Origin: Betaproteobacteria bacterium
GTDB lineage: Bacteria > Pseudomonadota > Gammaproteobacteria > Burkholderiales > SG8-39
Reading direction: 5' to 3'
Length of the DNA: 64,000 bases
Assembly (NCBI GenBank): GCA_025356085.1
Contig: JANXUV010000015.1
Coordinates: 449 to 64,448, forward strand
Shown here: piece after piece, positions 18,303-29,153 of the stretch
Numbering within the stretch: position 1 is the stretch's first letter
How the letters are laid out: every line of letters starts with the position of its first letter
Program-made: the position numbers and the translations under genes
The notes under the pieces: model-generated
The model's database searches: none
Told to the model about the DNA's origin: nothing
What the model saw: the letters and a program-made list of their open reading frames with translations, nothing else

Positions 18303-19045
18303 GGCAAAGGACATCGGCAAGCGCTTCGGCGGCGTGCAGGCGCTCTCGGGGGTGTCGTTCGGCATTTCGAAGGGCGAGATCTACGGCCTGATCGGCCCGA
18401 ACGGCGCGGGCAAGACGACGTTGTTCAACGTGCTGACAGGCATACACGCGCCGGACAATGGTTTTTTTCATTTGAATAAAAAAAATATCACCGGCTTAAA
18501 ACCCAATCAGATTGCCGTTGCAGGCATTGCGCGCACTTTCCAGAATATCCGCCTGTTCGCAAATCTTTCCGCGCTTGAGAACGTGATGATCGGCCGCCAT
18601 GTGCGCACACGCGCGGGCGTTATTGGCGCGATCCTGCGCAATCGGGGTACCGTCACTGAGGAGCGCGCGATCGAGCGGCGCGCAATCGAGCTGCTGGACT
18701 ACGTCGGCATCCGCGAGCGCGCCGACGAAGCGGCCGGCAGCCTGCCATACGGCGACCAGCGCCGCCTCGAGATCGCGCGCGCACTGGCCACGGAACCCGC
18801 CTTGCTCGCGCTGGACGAACCCGCGGCGGGCATGAACGCCTCGGAGACAGTCGCGCTGCGCAAGCTGTTGCAAGACATTCGTAAAGACGGGACCACGATC
18901 CTGCTCATCGAGCATGACATGCGCCTGGTAATGAACGTCTGCGACCGCGTGCTGGTGCTGGATTACGGCCAGAAGATAGCCGAGGGCGCACCGGCCGAGG
19001 TGCAGAGCGATCCGAAAGTGATCGAGGCCTATCTTGGGGTTTCCA

Positions 19046-19056
<11 letters not shown>
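18292..19056 (+). CDS. livG: Branched-chain amino acid ABC transporter ATP-binding protein
   Basis: Walker A GPNGAGKTT, signature LPYGDQRRLEIARAL, Walker B LLALDEPAAG. GTG start sits in GTGCTGCTTGA, overlapping the livM stop. Confidence 0.93.
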
Positions 19057-19734
<678 letters not shown>

Positions 19735-19756
<22 letters not shown>

Positions 19757-20778
19757 GACGGTGCGAGGTCGGCCTGGGTGGTGAAGCTGTCGGCGTAGAA
19801 CTCATCTTCCGGCAGCCTGCATGAGGCGATGAAATCCTTCTTTGCCGAGTCCACCATGATCGGCACGCCGCAGGCGTACACCTGGTGGGTGGACAGGTCA
19901 GGAAAATCCTCCATGACCGCTCGGTGCACGAAGCCAGTGCGTCCGTGCCAGCCGTCTTCAGGTTGCGCGTTGGAGATCACCGGCACGTACTTGAAGCCCG
20001 CATGCTCGGCGGCCCATTTCTCTGCCAGCGCGTTCATGTACAGGTCCTTCGGCCGCCGGCCGCCCCAGTAGAGCGTCGCCGGGCGCGCGATGCCCTTGTG
20101 GAACATGTGCTCGAGCACCGCCTTGATCGGCGCGAAGCCGGTTCCCGAGGCGACGAACACCACCGGCTTGTCGGAGTCCTCGCGCAGGAAGAAGGTGCCG
20201 AAAGGGCCCTCGAAGCGCAGGATGTCGCGCTCCTTCATCTTGTTGAAGACGTGGTCGGTGAACTGGCCGCCGGCGACATGACGGACGTGCAATTCGATGA
20301 ACTCCGCATCATGCGGCGCGGTTGCCATGGAAAAGCTGCGTCGGCTGCCGTCCTTCAGCAGGAACTCGATATACTGCCCGGCAAGGAACACCAGCTTTTC
20401 ATTGGCCGGCAGTTTGATCTGCAGCAGCATCGCGTCGTCCGAAAGCCGTTCAAGCTTCTGCACGCGGCAGGGCAGCTTCTTGATCTGGATGTCCTTGGCG
20501 GCGCCGATGGTGCGCGCCTCCAGCACCAGATCCGAGAGCGGCCTGGCCTGGCAGAACAGCGCCTTGCCCTGGGCCTTCTCTTCATCGGTGAGCGCTTTGG
20601 GCTGGTAGACGCCGTAGTCCACGCTGCCGGAAACAATTGTGCCCTTGCAGCTGCCGCAGGCGCCGTTCTTGCAGCCGTAGGGCAGCACGAAACCCTGGCG
20701 CAGCGCCGCGGCGAGCACGGCTTCGCCTTCCTCGACCTGGAACTGGTGACCGCTGGGCTGAAGGGTGACTGTATGCAT
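19735..20778 (-). CDS. 2Fe-2S ferredoxin-NAD(P)H oxidoreductase (AscD / CDP-6-deoxy-delta-3,4-glucoseen reductase-like, FNR fold)
   Basis: N-terminal plant-type ferredoxin motif CKNGACGSCKG, FAD site RSFSMA, NAD site ASGTGFAP. The 3' end overlaps livF by 22 nt (convergent). Confidence 0.85.
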
Positions 20779-20796
20779 GTCGTTACAATGATGCCG

Positions 20797-21642
20797 ATGA
20801 AATGCCTGTTGATCGCCGGTTTCGGCGACATCGCGCGCCGCACCCTGCCGCTGCTCGGATCCCTATTCGAGGTCCGCGTGCTTTCGCGTGCGCAGGGCAT
20901 GGACCTCGACCGCCCCGATACTCTCGCCGCGCTTGAATCCGCTGATGCGGTGCTGCACTGCGCACCGCCACCTGCGTCCGGCGCCACCGATACCCGCACC
21001 GCCAACCTGCTCAATTCGCTCGAAAGCAGGCGGATTCTACCAACCCGCCTTGTCTATATCAGTACCAGCGGCGTCTATGGCGACTGCGGCGGCGCCCTGG
21101 TAGATGAATCGCGCGCGCTGAATCCGCAAAGCCCACGCGCCAGACGCCGCGCGAATGCCGAGACGCAGCTTGCACTATGGTGCAATTTGCACGGCGTTGC
21201 GTTAGTGATCCTGCGAGCGCCCGGCATTTACGCGGCCGATCGCCTGCCGCTGGAGCGGTTGCACGCGGGCACGCCGGTACTGCGCGATGCCGACGACGTC
21301 TACACCAACCACATCCACGCGGAGGATCTCGCCGCAATCTGCGCCCGCTCGCTGGAAGATGACGCGCCGGCCGGGATCTACAATGCCTCGGACGATTCCC
21401 GGCTCAAGATGGGCGAATGGTTCGACCTGGTTGCGGACCATGCAGGCCTGCCGCGCCCGCCGCGCATCTCGCGCGCCGAAGCGGCAGGCCGCATACCGCC
21501 GGAGCTGCTTTCTTTCATGAACGAATCCCGGCGACTGGCTAACACCCGTCTGAAGCATGCGCTGGGCGTACGGCTGCGTTACCCGACGGTGCGGGAGGGA
21601 TTGGGGCATGCACATGCTGCTGGTGTTCACCAACCTGCCTGA
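20797..21642 (+). CDS. NAD(P)-binding SDR/epimerase-like protein (atypical)
   Basis: Coding part of ORF 19885..21642. Start is uncertain (ATG 20773, 20788, 20791 or 20797). MKCLLIAGFGDIARR... gives a Rossmann-like N-terminus, and the YISTSGVYG segment is present. Confidence 0.7.
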   Translation: MKCLLIAGFGDIARRTLPLLGSLFEVRVLSRAQGMDLDRPDTLAALESADAVLHCAPPPASGATDTRTANLLNSLESRRILPTRLVYISTSGVYGDCGGALVDESRALNPQSPRARRRANAETQLALWCNLHGVALVILRAPGIYAADRLPLERLHAGTPVLRDADDVYTNHIHAEDLAAICARSLEDDAPAGIYNASDDSRLKMGEWFDLVADHAGLPRPPRISRAEAAGRIPPELLSFMNESRRLANTRLKHALGVRLRYPTVREGLGHAHAAGVHQPA

Positions 21643-21853
21643 CCGCGCGGCGTACCGCTGGAAGGGCGCGGTGCGGCACGACGAAGAGCACCCGCTGCTG
21701 ATCAAGACCACCGCGGAGCGGTATGCGGAGCTCGAGGCGGCGATTCGCGCCGGGCACCCCTACGAACTTCCGGAAATCATCGCGGTCAGAGTCGAGCGGG
21801 GACTGCCGGCGTACCTGGATTGGGTCTCCGCGGAAACTACCGGCGGAAAATGA
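21608..21853 (+). CDS. cutA: Divalent-cation tolerance protein CutA, internally deleted (81 aa)
   Basis: GGGAGGGA SD precedes ATG 21608. MLLVFTNLPD... and ...YRWKGAV..LLIKTT...HPYELPEII..YLDWV match CutA, but the ~25-aa helix/strand segment between PD and YRW is missing. ATGA coupling to dsbD. Confidence 0.7.
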   Translation: MHMLLVFTNLPDRAAYRWKGAVRHDEEHPLLIKTTAERYAELEAAIRAGHPYELPEIIAVRVERGLPAYLDWVSAETTGGK

Positions 21854-23402
21854 TCAGGATCCTCGCACTCCTCCTTTGCCTGTTCGGCGCCGCCCACGCG
21901 GCGGGCCCGGGCGACCTGCTGGAGCCGGGAAAGGCTTTTCGCATCTCCACGCGCGCTCTCGACGCAAATACCGTGGAAGTGAGTTTCGCGATTGCCGAGG
22001 GCTACTACATGTACCGCGAGCGATTTCGCTTCGCCGCGGGGCCGGGTTCGAAAGCGAAGCTCGGCGCGCCCCAGTTTCCCCCGGGCCTGCGCAAGAAGGA
22101 CGAATTTTTCGGCGAAGTGGAAACCTACCGTAAGCAGGTCGTCATCCGGCTGCCCGTGGAAAACGCCGAGGGGGTGCTGCACCTTACGGTGACCTCACAA
22201 GGCTGCGCGGACGTTGGCGTGTGCTACATCCCGATGGACAGCAGGGCGACAATCCGCCTTGCCGGATTGTCTGCACAATCCGCGCCGCCTGCGGGCGCGC
22301 CGGCGGCCCCGGCGCCGGGATTCTCGCTGCAGGCGAGCGATTTCGAAGTTGCCCGCCTTTTCGAATCGGGCGGGCCACTGCTGGTGCTCGCGAGCTTCCT
22401 CGGCTTTGGCCTGCTGCTCGCATTCACGCCTTGCGTGTTGCCGATGGTGCCGATCCTCTCCGGAATCATCGCGGGCGAGGGCAGGGATCTTGGCAAGCTG
22501 CGCGCATTGCTGCTGTCATCGGCCTACGTGCTCGGCATGGCGGTGGCCTACGCGGCGGCGGGCGTGACGGCCGCCTGGTCCGGCACGCTGCTGGCATCGG
22601 CGCTGCAAAACGCCTGGGTGCTGGGTGCGTTCGCCCTGGTATTCGTCGCGCTCGCCTTGTCGATGTTCGGCCTCTACGAACTCCAGTTGCCCGGCTTCCT
22701 GCACCACCGGCTGCACGCGGCTCACGGGCGCTTGCGGGGCGGCCGCGTCGCTTCCGTCGCCGCCATGGGCGCGCTTTCGGCGATCATCGTGAGTCCCTGC
22801 GTGGCGGCGCCGCTTGCCGGGGCGCTTCTCTACATCAGCCAGACGCGGGATGTTGTGCTTGGCGGTTCGGCGCTTTTCGCAATGGCAATCGGGATGGGCA
22901 TCCCGCTGCTGGTCGTCGGCGTTTCCGAAGGCGCCCTGCTGCCGAAATCGGGACCCTGGATGGTGCGCGTGAAGCATGTGTTCGGCGTCCTGCTGCTTGC
23001 GGTGGCGCTATGGATCGTGTGGCCGGTGCTGCTGCCTTCGGGAGGCAATACGCAATTCGTCCGCATCCAGTCGATCGCCGGGCTGGAGCAGAATCTGAAG
23101 TCGCCGGGCAAGCCGGTGATGCTCGATTTCTATGCCGACTGGTGCGTGTCCTGCAAAGAGATGGAGGCGCTCACCTTCAGCGATGCGCGCGTCAAGCCGA
23201 AGATGGATGGCATGCTGCTATTGCAGGTTGATGTCACCGCCAATACAGCGGAACACAAGGCGCTGCTCAAGCGCTTCCGCCTGTTCGGACCGCCGGGGAT
23301 CATTTTCTTCGACGCGCAGGGCCGCGAGTTGCAGGGCCTGCGGGTGATCGGCTACCAGAACGCCGAACGCTTCCTGAAGACGCTCGAGCTCGCGGGCGCG
23401 CC

Positions 23403-23406
<4 letters not shown>
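21850..23406 (+). CDS. dsbD: Thiol:disulfide interchange protein DsbD
   Basis: ORF trimmed to ATG 21850 with signal peptide MIRILALLLCLFGAAHA. Alpha-domain CADVGVC, TM cysteines FTPCVLPM and SPCVAAP, C-terminal thioredoxin WCVSC. Confidence 0.93.
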
Positions 23407-25192
<1,786 letters not shown>

Positions 25193-25194
25193 TT

Positions 25195-25307
25195 ACCTTC
25201 AGACGATGCAAGTCGTCTCCCGCTTCACCTCCCTGAGCGGGTTGCCCCGACCCCAAGTCGGGGTGTTTTCCGCCCCCGGTTTAGTTCCCCTTTTCCGGGG
25301 GCTTTTT
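25195..25307 (+). ncRNA. Candidate small RNA (unclassified): three stacked hairpins plus an intrinsic terminator; the 5' boundary is a guess
   Basis: Perfect stems at 25201-25218, 25219-25241 (loop TCACCTCCCTG) and 25245-25263. GCCCCCGG/CCGGGGGC at 25272-25302 is followed by TTTTT. The terminator works only on the plus strand, and no plus-strand gene lies upstream. Confidence 0.4.
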
Positions 25308-25322
25308 ATTCCGGCTCCGGGA

Positions 25323-25931
25323 TCAAGTCTGATCCCGGAGCCAGTTGTCCAGTTGTTGGCGCGCTTCTTCGACCCCCTCGCCGCTGCTGCTCGAAAACAG
25401 CTGCACCAGCGATGTCAGCGCGGCCTTGTCGAGAGCGTCTCGGGTGGTCGCGAGCGTTTTTGCCTGCTCGGCGCGCGACAGTTTGTCCGACTTGGACAGC
25501 AGCATTAGCCGCGGCGCAGGCACCGGGCGCAGCCATTCAAGGAATTCGCGGTCGTTCCTGGTGAGTGGATGGCGCGCATCCATCAGCACCACCACTCCGG
25601 CCAGCGTGCCCCGGCCGGTGAGATAGCCCCCTATCAGCGCGTCCCAGCTCGCGCGCAGGGCTTGCGGCACGCTTGCATAGCCGTAGCCCGGCAGATCAGC
25701 CAGCCTACCCACATCCCCGAGGTCGAAGAAATTGATGGTCTGGGTCCGGCCGGGTGTTTTACTGGAAAACGCCAGCCGTTTGCGGCCGGCAAGCGCATTG
25801 ATGGCGCTCGATTTGCCGACATTGGAGCGTCCAGCGAAGGCGAGCTCCGGCCCGGTCTCGGGAGGAAAGTCCCCGACCGCTGCGGCGGACAGAAGGAAAC
25901 GCGCTTGCTGGATCGGGGACAACGGACGCAA
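25323..25931 (-). CDS. engB: Ribosome-biogenesis GTP-binding protein EngB/YihA
   Basis: G1 motif GRSNVGKSS, with DLPGYGY and LSKSDK motifs. The ORF has no ATG. The maximal TTG start is 25982; TTG 25931 is chosen because it gives an N-terminal length like E. coli YihA. Start is uncertain. Confidence 0.85.
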   Translation of the reverse strand: MRPLSPIQQARFLLSAAAVGDFPPETGPELAFAGRSNVGKSSAINALAGRKRLAFSSKTPGRTQTINFFDLGDVGRLADLPGYGYASVPQALRASWDALIGGYLTGRGTLAGVVVLMDARHPLTRNDREFLEWLRPVPAPRLMLLSKSDKLSRAEQAKTLATTRDALDKAALTSLVQLFSSSSGEGVEEARQQLDNWLRDQT

Positions 25932-26000
25932 GCCTATACTGAAAGGTGGAAATTCTAATAAAATCGCGGCTTTCCACGGCAATATTCAGGGAGCTGCCGC

Positions 26001-26648
26001 ATGATCCGACAGTTGGCGTACTTTGCCAGCGCCGCGTGTTTCTGGGTTGCATTTTGGCCTGCTGGCGCGCTCGCTCAAGCCCCTGCCAAGCCCGATGCCG
26101 CGAAGGGTCAGCTCATCGCGAGCCAGACCTGCGCTGCCTGTCATGCGGCCGACGGCAACAGCCAGATTTCGGCGAACCCGAAACTCGCGGGCCAATTCTA
26201 CGAATACCTGCACAAGCAGCTGCTTAACTTCAAGCCCCAGGGAAGCAAGAAGCCCGAACGCGACAATGCGGTGATGATGGGCATGATTGGAAGCCTGTCG
26301 CCTGCCGACCTGAAGGATGTCGCCGCGTATTACGCGTCGCAGAAGCTCAAGCCGGCGGCGGCGAAAGACAAGGACCTCGCCGCGCTCGGACAGAAAATCT
26401 ACCGTGGCGGCAACATCGCCACCGGCGTCGCGGCTTGCGCGGGTTGCCATGGGCCGGCCGGGGCGGGCATGCCGGCGCAGTTTCCGCGCATAGCCGGGCA
26501 ATTTCCGGAATATGTCGAGGCGCAACTCAAGGCTTTCCGTGCCGGCGCGCGCGCGAACGACCCGAACGGCATGATGCGCGGCGTGGTCACGCGCATGAGC
26601 GACCGCGAGATCCAGGCGGTCGCCGAATACGTCGCCGGCCTGAGGTAG
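26001..26648 (+). CDS. Cytochrome c4 (diheme)
   Basis: Signal peptide plus two heme motifs, CAACH and CAGCH. Divergent from engB, as in many proteobacteria. Confidence 0.92.
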   Translation: MIRQLAYFASAACFWVAFWPAGALAQAPAKPDAAKGQLIASQTCAACHAADGNSQISANPKLAGQFYEYLHKQLLNFKPQGSKKPERDNAVMMGMIGSLSPADLKDVAAYYASQKLKPAAAKDKDLAALGQKIYRGGNIATGVAACAGCHGPAGAGMPAQFPRIAGQFPEYVEAQLKAFRAGARANDPNGMMRGVVTRMSDREIQAVAEYVAGLR

Positions 26649-26684
26649 CTGGCAGGGGAATAAACCCAACCTGCGGCTGTTAGG

Positions 26685-27374
26685 ATGGGATGCATGGGAG
26701 CCGGGGAAACGCAGGTCAAGGTCTGGGATGTGCCGGTGCGGCTGTTTCACTGGCTGCTGGTGCTGCTGTTCGCTTTCATGTTCTTCAGCGGCAAGTCCGG
26801 CAGCGAGTGGATCGAGTGGCACATGCGCGCGGGCTACGCGGTCCTCGCGCTGGTGCTGTTCCGCATCCTTTGGGGATTCGCCGGCAGCACCCACGCGCGC
26901 TTTACCAGCTTTCTCGCCGCGCCCTCTGCCTGCATCGAATGCATGAAGCACCTGCTCGCGCGCAAGCCCTCGCCGTACCCGGGACACAATCCGCTGGGTG
27001 GCTGGATGGTGCTGGTGCTGCTGCTCGCGCTGCTGGTGCAAACGGGCACCGGCCTGTTCGCCAACGACGACCTGCTCAGCAATGGGCCGCTCTACGACTT
27101 GATAAGCAAGGCGACCTCCGACCAGTTGACGATGATCCATATCTGGAATTTCAACCTGCTGCTGTTGCTGGCCGGCGCGCACCTAATCGCGGTGCTGTAT
27201 CACGCAGCCTTCATGAAAGAGAATCTCATCGGCGCAATGTTCACCGGCGTGAAACGGTTGCCGGCGGACGCGGCCGGAGGTGTGGTGGCGCGTTTTGCCA
27301 GTCCGTGGCTCGCGCTAGTTCTGCTAGCCGTGACGGCGCTCGCCGTCTATCTGATCGTAAAACGACCTTTCTGA
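26685..27374 (+). CDS. Cytochrome b561 family (Ni/Fe-hydrogenase b-type cytochrome-like) membrane protein
   Basis: VWDVPVRLFHWLLVLLFAFMFFSG and HMRAGY segments, four TM helices with conserved His. Alternative start at ATG 26694. Confidence 0.85.
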   Translation: MGCMGAGETQVKVWDVPVRLFHWLLVLLFAFMFFSGKSGSEWIEWHMRAGYAVLALVLFRILWGFAGSTHARFTSFLAAPSACIECMKHLLARKPSPYPGHNPLGGWMVLVLLLALLVQTGTGLFANDDLLSNGPLYDLISKATSDQLTMIHIWNFNLLLLLAGAHLIAVLYHAAFMKENLIGAMFTGVKRLPADAAGGVVARFASPWLALVLLAVTALAVYLIVKRPF

Positions 27375-27384
27375 GGAGAAGCGG

Positions 27385-27840
27385 ATGAGAACCAAACTGT
27401 TGGCTGCCGCGGTGGCGGTTGCCGCTCTGGGCGGGGCCTCGCTTGAGGCGCTCGCGCAGACCAAGCCGGACGTCATGGTGGCGCAGCGTCAAGCGGTGAT
27501 GAAACTGCAGGGCAAGTACCTCGGTCCGATCGGCGCCATGATGAAGGGCGCAGCGCCCTACAACGCCGACGTCGTCGCGCTGAATGCGACCTTCCTGGAA
27601 AATCTGGCGCGCATGCCTTGGGACGGCTTCGACCCGAGCACCAAGGGCGAGAAGAGCAAGGCTAAACCCGAAGTGTTCACCGACACGGCCAAATTCAAGG
27701 CCGCGGCCGATACGCTGGAGGCGGAGACTGCCAAGCTGGGCGCGGCGGCGCGCGCGAAGAACGAGGCCGGCGTGCGGGCCGCGTTCGGCGGCGTTGCCAA
27801 GGCCTGCGGCAGCTGCCACGACGGGTTCCGCGAGAAATAG
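27385..27840 (+). CDS. Cytochrome c-prime (class II c-type cytochrome)
   Basis: Signal peptide, four-helix-bundle-like sequence, C-terminal heme site CGSCHDGFREK. GAGGAGAAG SD upstream. Confidence 0.9.
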   Translation: MRTKLLAAAVAVAALGGASLEALAQTKPDVMVAQRQAVMKLQGKYLGPIGAMMKGAAPYNADVVALNATFLENLARMPWDGFDPSTKGEKSKAKPEVFTDTAKFKAAADTLEAETAKLGAAARAKNEAGVRAAFGGVAKACGSCHDGFREK

Positions 27841-27861
27841 CCGATTCGCGTTGCATCCGGA

Positions 27862-27893
27862 GCCCCGCGCTCTGGCGCGGGGCTTTTGTTTTT
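27862..27893 (+). terminator. Rho-independent terminator after cytochrome c-prime
   Basis: GCCCCGCGC-TCTG-GCGCGGGGC followed by TTTTGTTTTT. Confidence 0.88.
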
Positions 27894-27943
27894 GAAAGAG
27901 TGTCAGCAACGGGAATAGCCGCGCGGGTAGACTGTTATTCACT

Positions 27944-28450
27944 GTGAACGACGCTGACAGCATCGTCGAATTGATCCCGCGCCTGCGGCGCTATGCACGG
28001 GCGCTTGCCGGTGACCGCGGCGCGGCCGACGATCTGGTGCAAGACACGCTCGAGCGCGCCTTGTCGAAGTTCCATCTCTATCGGCGAGGCACGGATCTGC
28101 GGGCGTGGCTGTTTACGGTGATGCATAACGTCTACGTCAATCAGCTGCGAGCGTCGCGGCCAGCCGCGACGCTCGACGACGACATGCCGGAACTCGCGCA
28201 GCCGGCGCGTGAGACCGATGCGTTGGTGCTGCGCGACCTGGACGCGGCGATCCGGCGCTTGCCGCCGGATCAGCGCGAAGTGTTGTTGCTGGTGGCATTG
28301 GAAGAGATGAGTTACGACGAGGCGGCGGGCACGCTCGGCATTCCGATCGGCACTGTGATGTCGCGGCTAGCGCGCGCCAGGGAGAAGCTGCGGGCGATGC
28401 TCTCGGGACTGCCGCCCGGCGGCGGCAAGCAACTGAAGGTCGTGAAATGA
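27944..28450 (+). CDS. ECF-type RNA polymerase sigma factor
   Basis: 168 aa. Region 2 is DDLVQDTLERALSKFHLYRRGTDLRAWLFTVMHNVYVNQLR and region 4 is YDEAAGTLGIPIGTVMSRLARAREKL. GTG start. Confidence 0.92.
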   Translation: MNDADSIVELIPRLRRYARALAGDRGAADDLVQDTLERALSKFHLYRRGTDLRAWLFTVMHNVYVNQLRASRPAATLDDDMPELAQPARETDALVLRDLDAAIRRLPPDQREVLLLVALEEMSYDEAAGTLGIPIGTVMSRLARAREKLRAMLSGLPPGGGKQLKVVK

Positions 28451-28453
28451 AGG

Positions 28454-29152
28454 ATGGATAAGGACAACGCACCTCAGGAGGACGCCGAGTTGAAAGCGCT
28501 ATCGCAGGCGCTGCACCAGCTCTACGACCCGGTTCTTGAAGAGCCGGTGCCGGAGCGCCTGCGCGCGCGCCTCGTGCAGCCTGGACGATGGCGGCTGGCT
28601 GCGCTCGCGGCGGGCTGGATCGCGCTCGGACTCGGCGTCGGCATAGTTGCCGGCTGGCAGTTGCATGGCTGGCGCGCGATGACGCAGAACGGGCCCAACG
28701 CTTCGTCCCAGGCCGAGGTGCCGGGCTTCGTCAAGCGCGCCGCCGTCGCGCACGCGGTCTACTCGCCGGAGGTGCGGCATCCGGTCGAAGTCGGCGCCGA
28801 CCAGGAGGAGCATCTCGTCGCTTGGCTGTCCAAGCGCCTCGGTTCGCCCTTGCGTGCCCCCAAGCTCGAAGATGTCGGTTACCACCTGGTCGGCGGCCGC
28901 TTGCTGCCCGGGGAAAGCGGACCGGTGGCGCATTTTATGTACCAGAGCAAGCAGGGCACGCGCATCACCTTGTACGTGCGCACCTATCCGGCCGGCAATA
29001 ACGAGACGGCATTCCGCTACGCGGCCGAGGGCAACGTGAAAGTGTTCTACTGGATCGACCGCAAGCTCGGTTATGCACTGTCCTCGGCCGACGTCGGTAC
29101 CGACGATTTGCTGAAAGTCGCGAATACCGTTTACCAGCAGCTCAATCCCTAG
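28454..29152 (+). CDS. Single-pass membrane anti-sigma factor (short cytoplasmic N-terminus)
   Basis: Sits 3 nt after the ECF sigma gene. One TM helix (WRLAALAAGWIALGLGVGIVAGW). The periplasmic part HAVYSPEVRHPVEV...LVAWLSKRLG...GYHLVGGRLL resembles cognate anti-sigma proteins. Confidence 0.75.
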   Translation: MDKDNAPQEDAELKALSQALHQLYDPVLEEPVPERLRARLVQPGRWRLAALAAGWIALGLGVGIVAGWQLHGWRAMTQNGPNASSQAEVPGFVKRAAVAHAVYSPEVRHPVEVGADQEEHLVAWLSKRLGSPLRAPKLEDVGYHLVGGRLLPGESGPVAHFMYQSKQGTRITLYVRTYPAGNNETAFRYAAEGNVKVFYWIDRKLGYALSSADVGTDDLLKVANTVYQQLNP

Positions 29153-29153
29153 G

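Noticed and set aside
25206-25508. 100-aa plus-strand ORF covering the hemB-engB spacer and the engB 3' end.
   Set aside because: It runs through four perfect RNA hairpins and a T-tract and then antisense into engB. It has no SD and no family resemblance. The RNA-element interpretation fits better.
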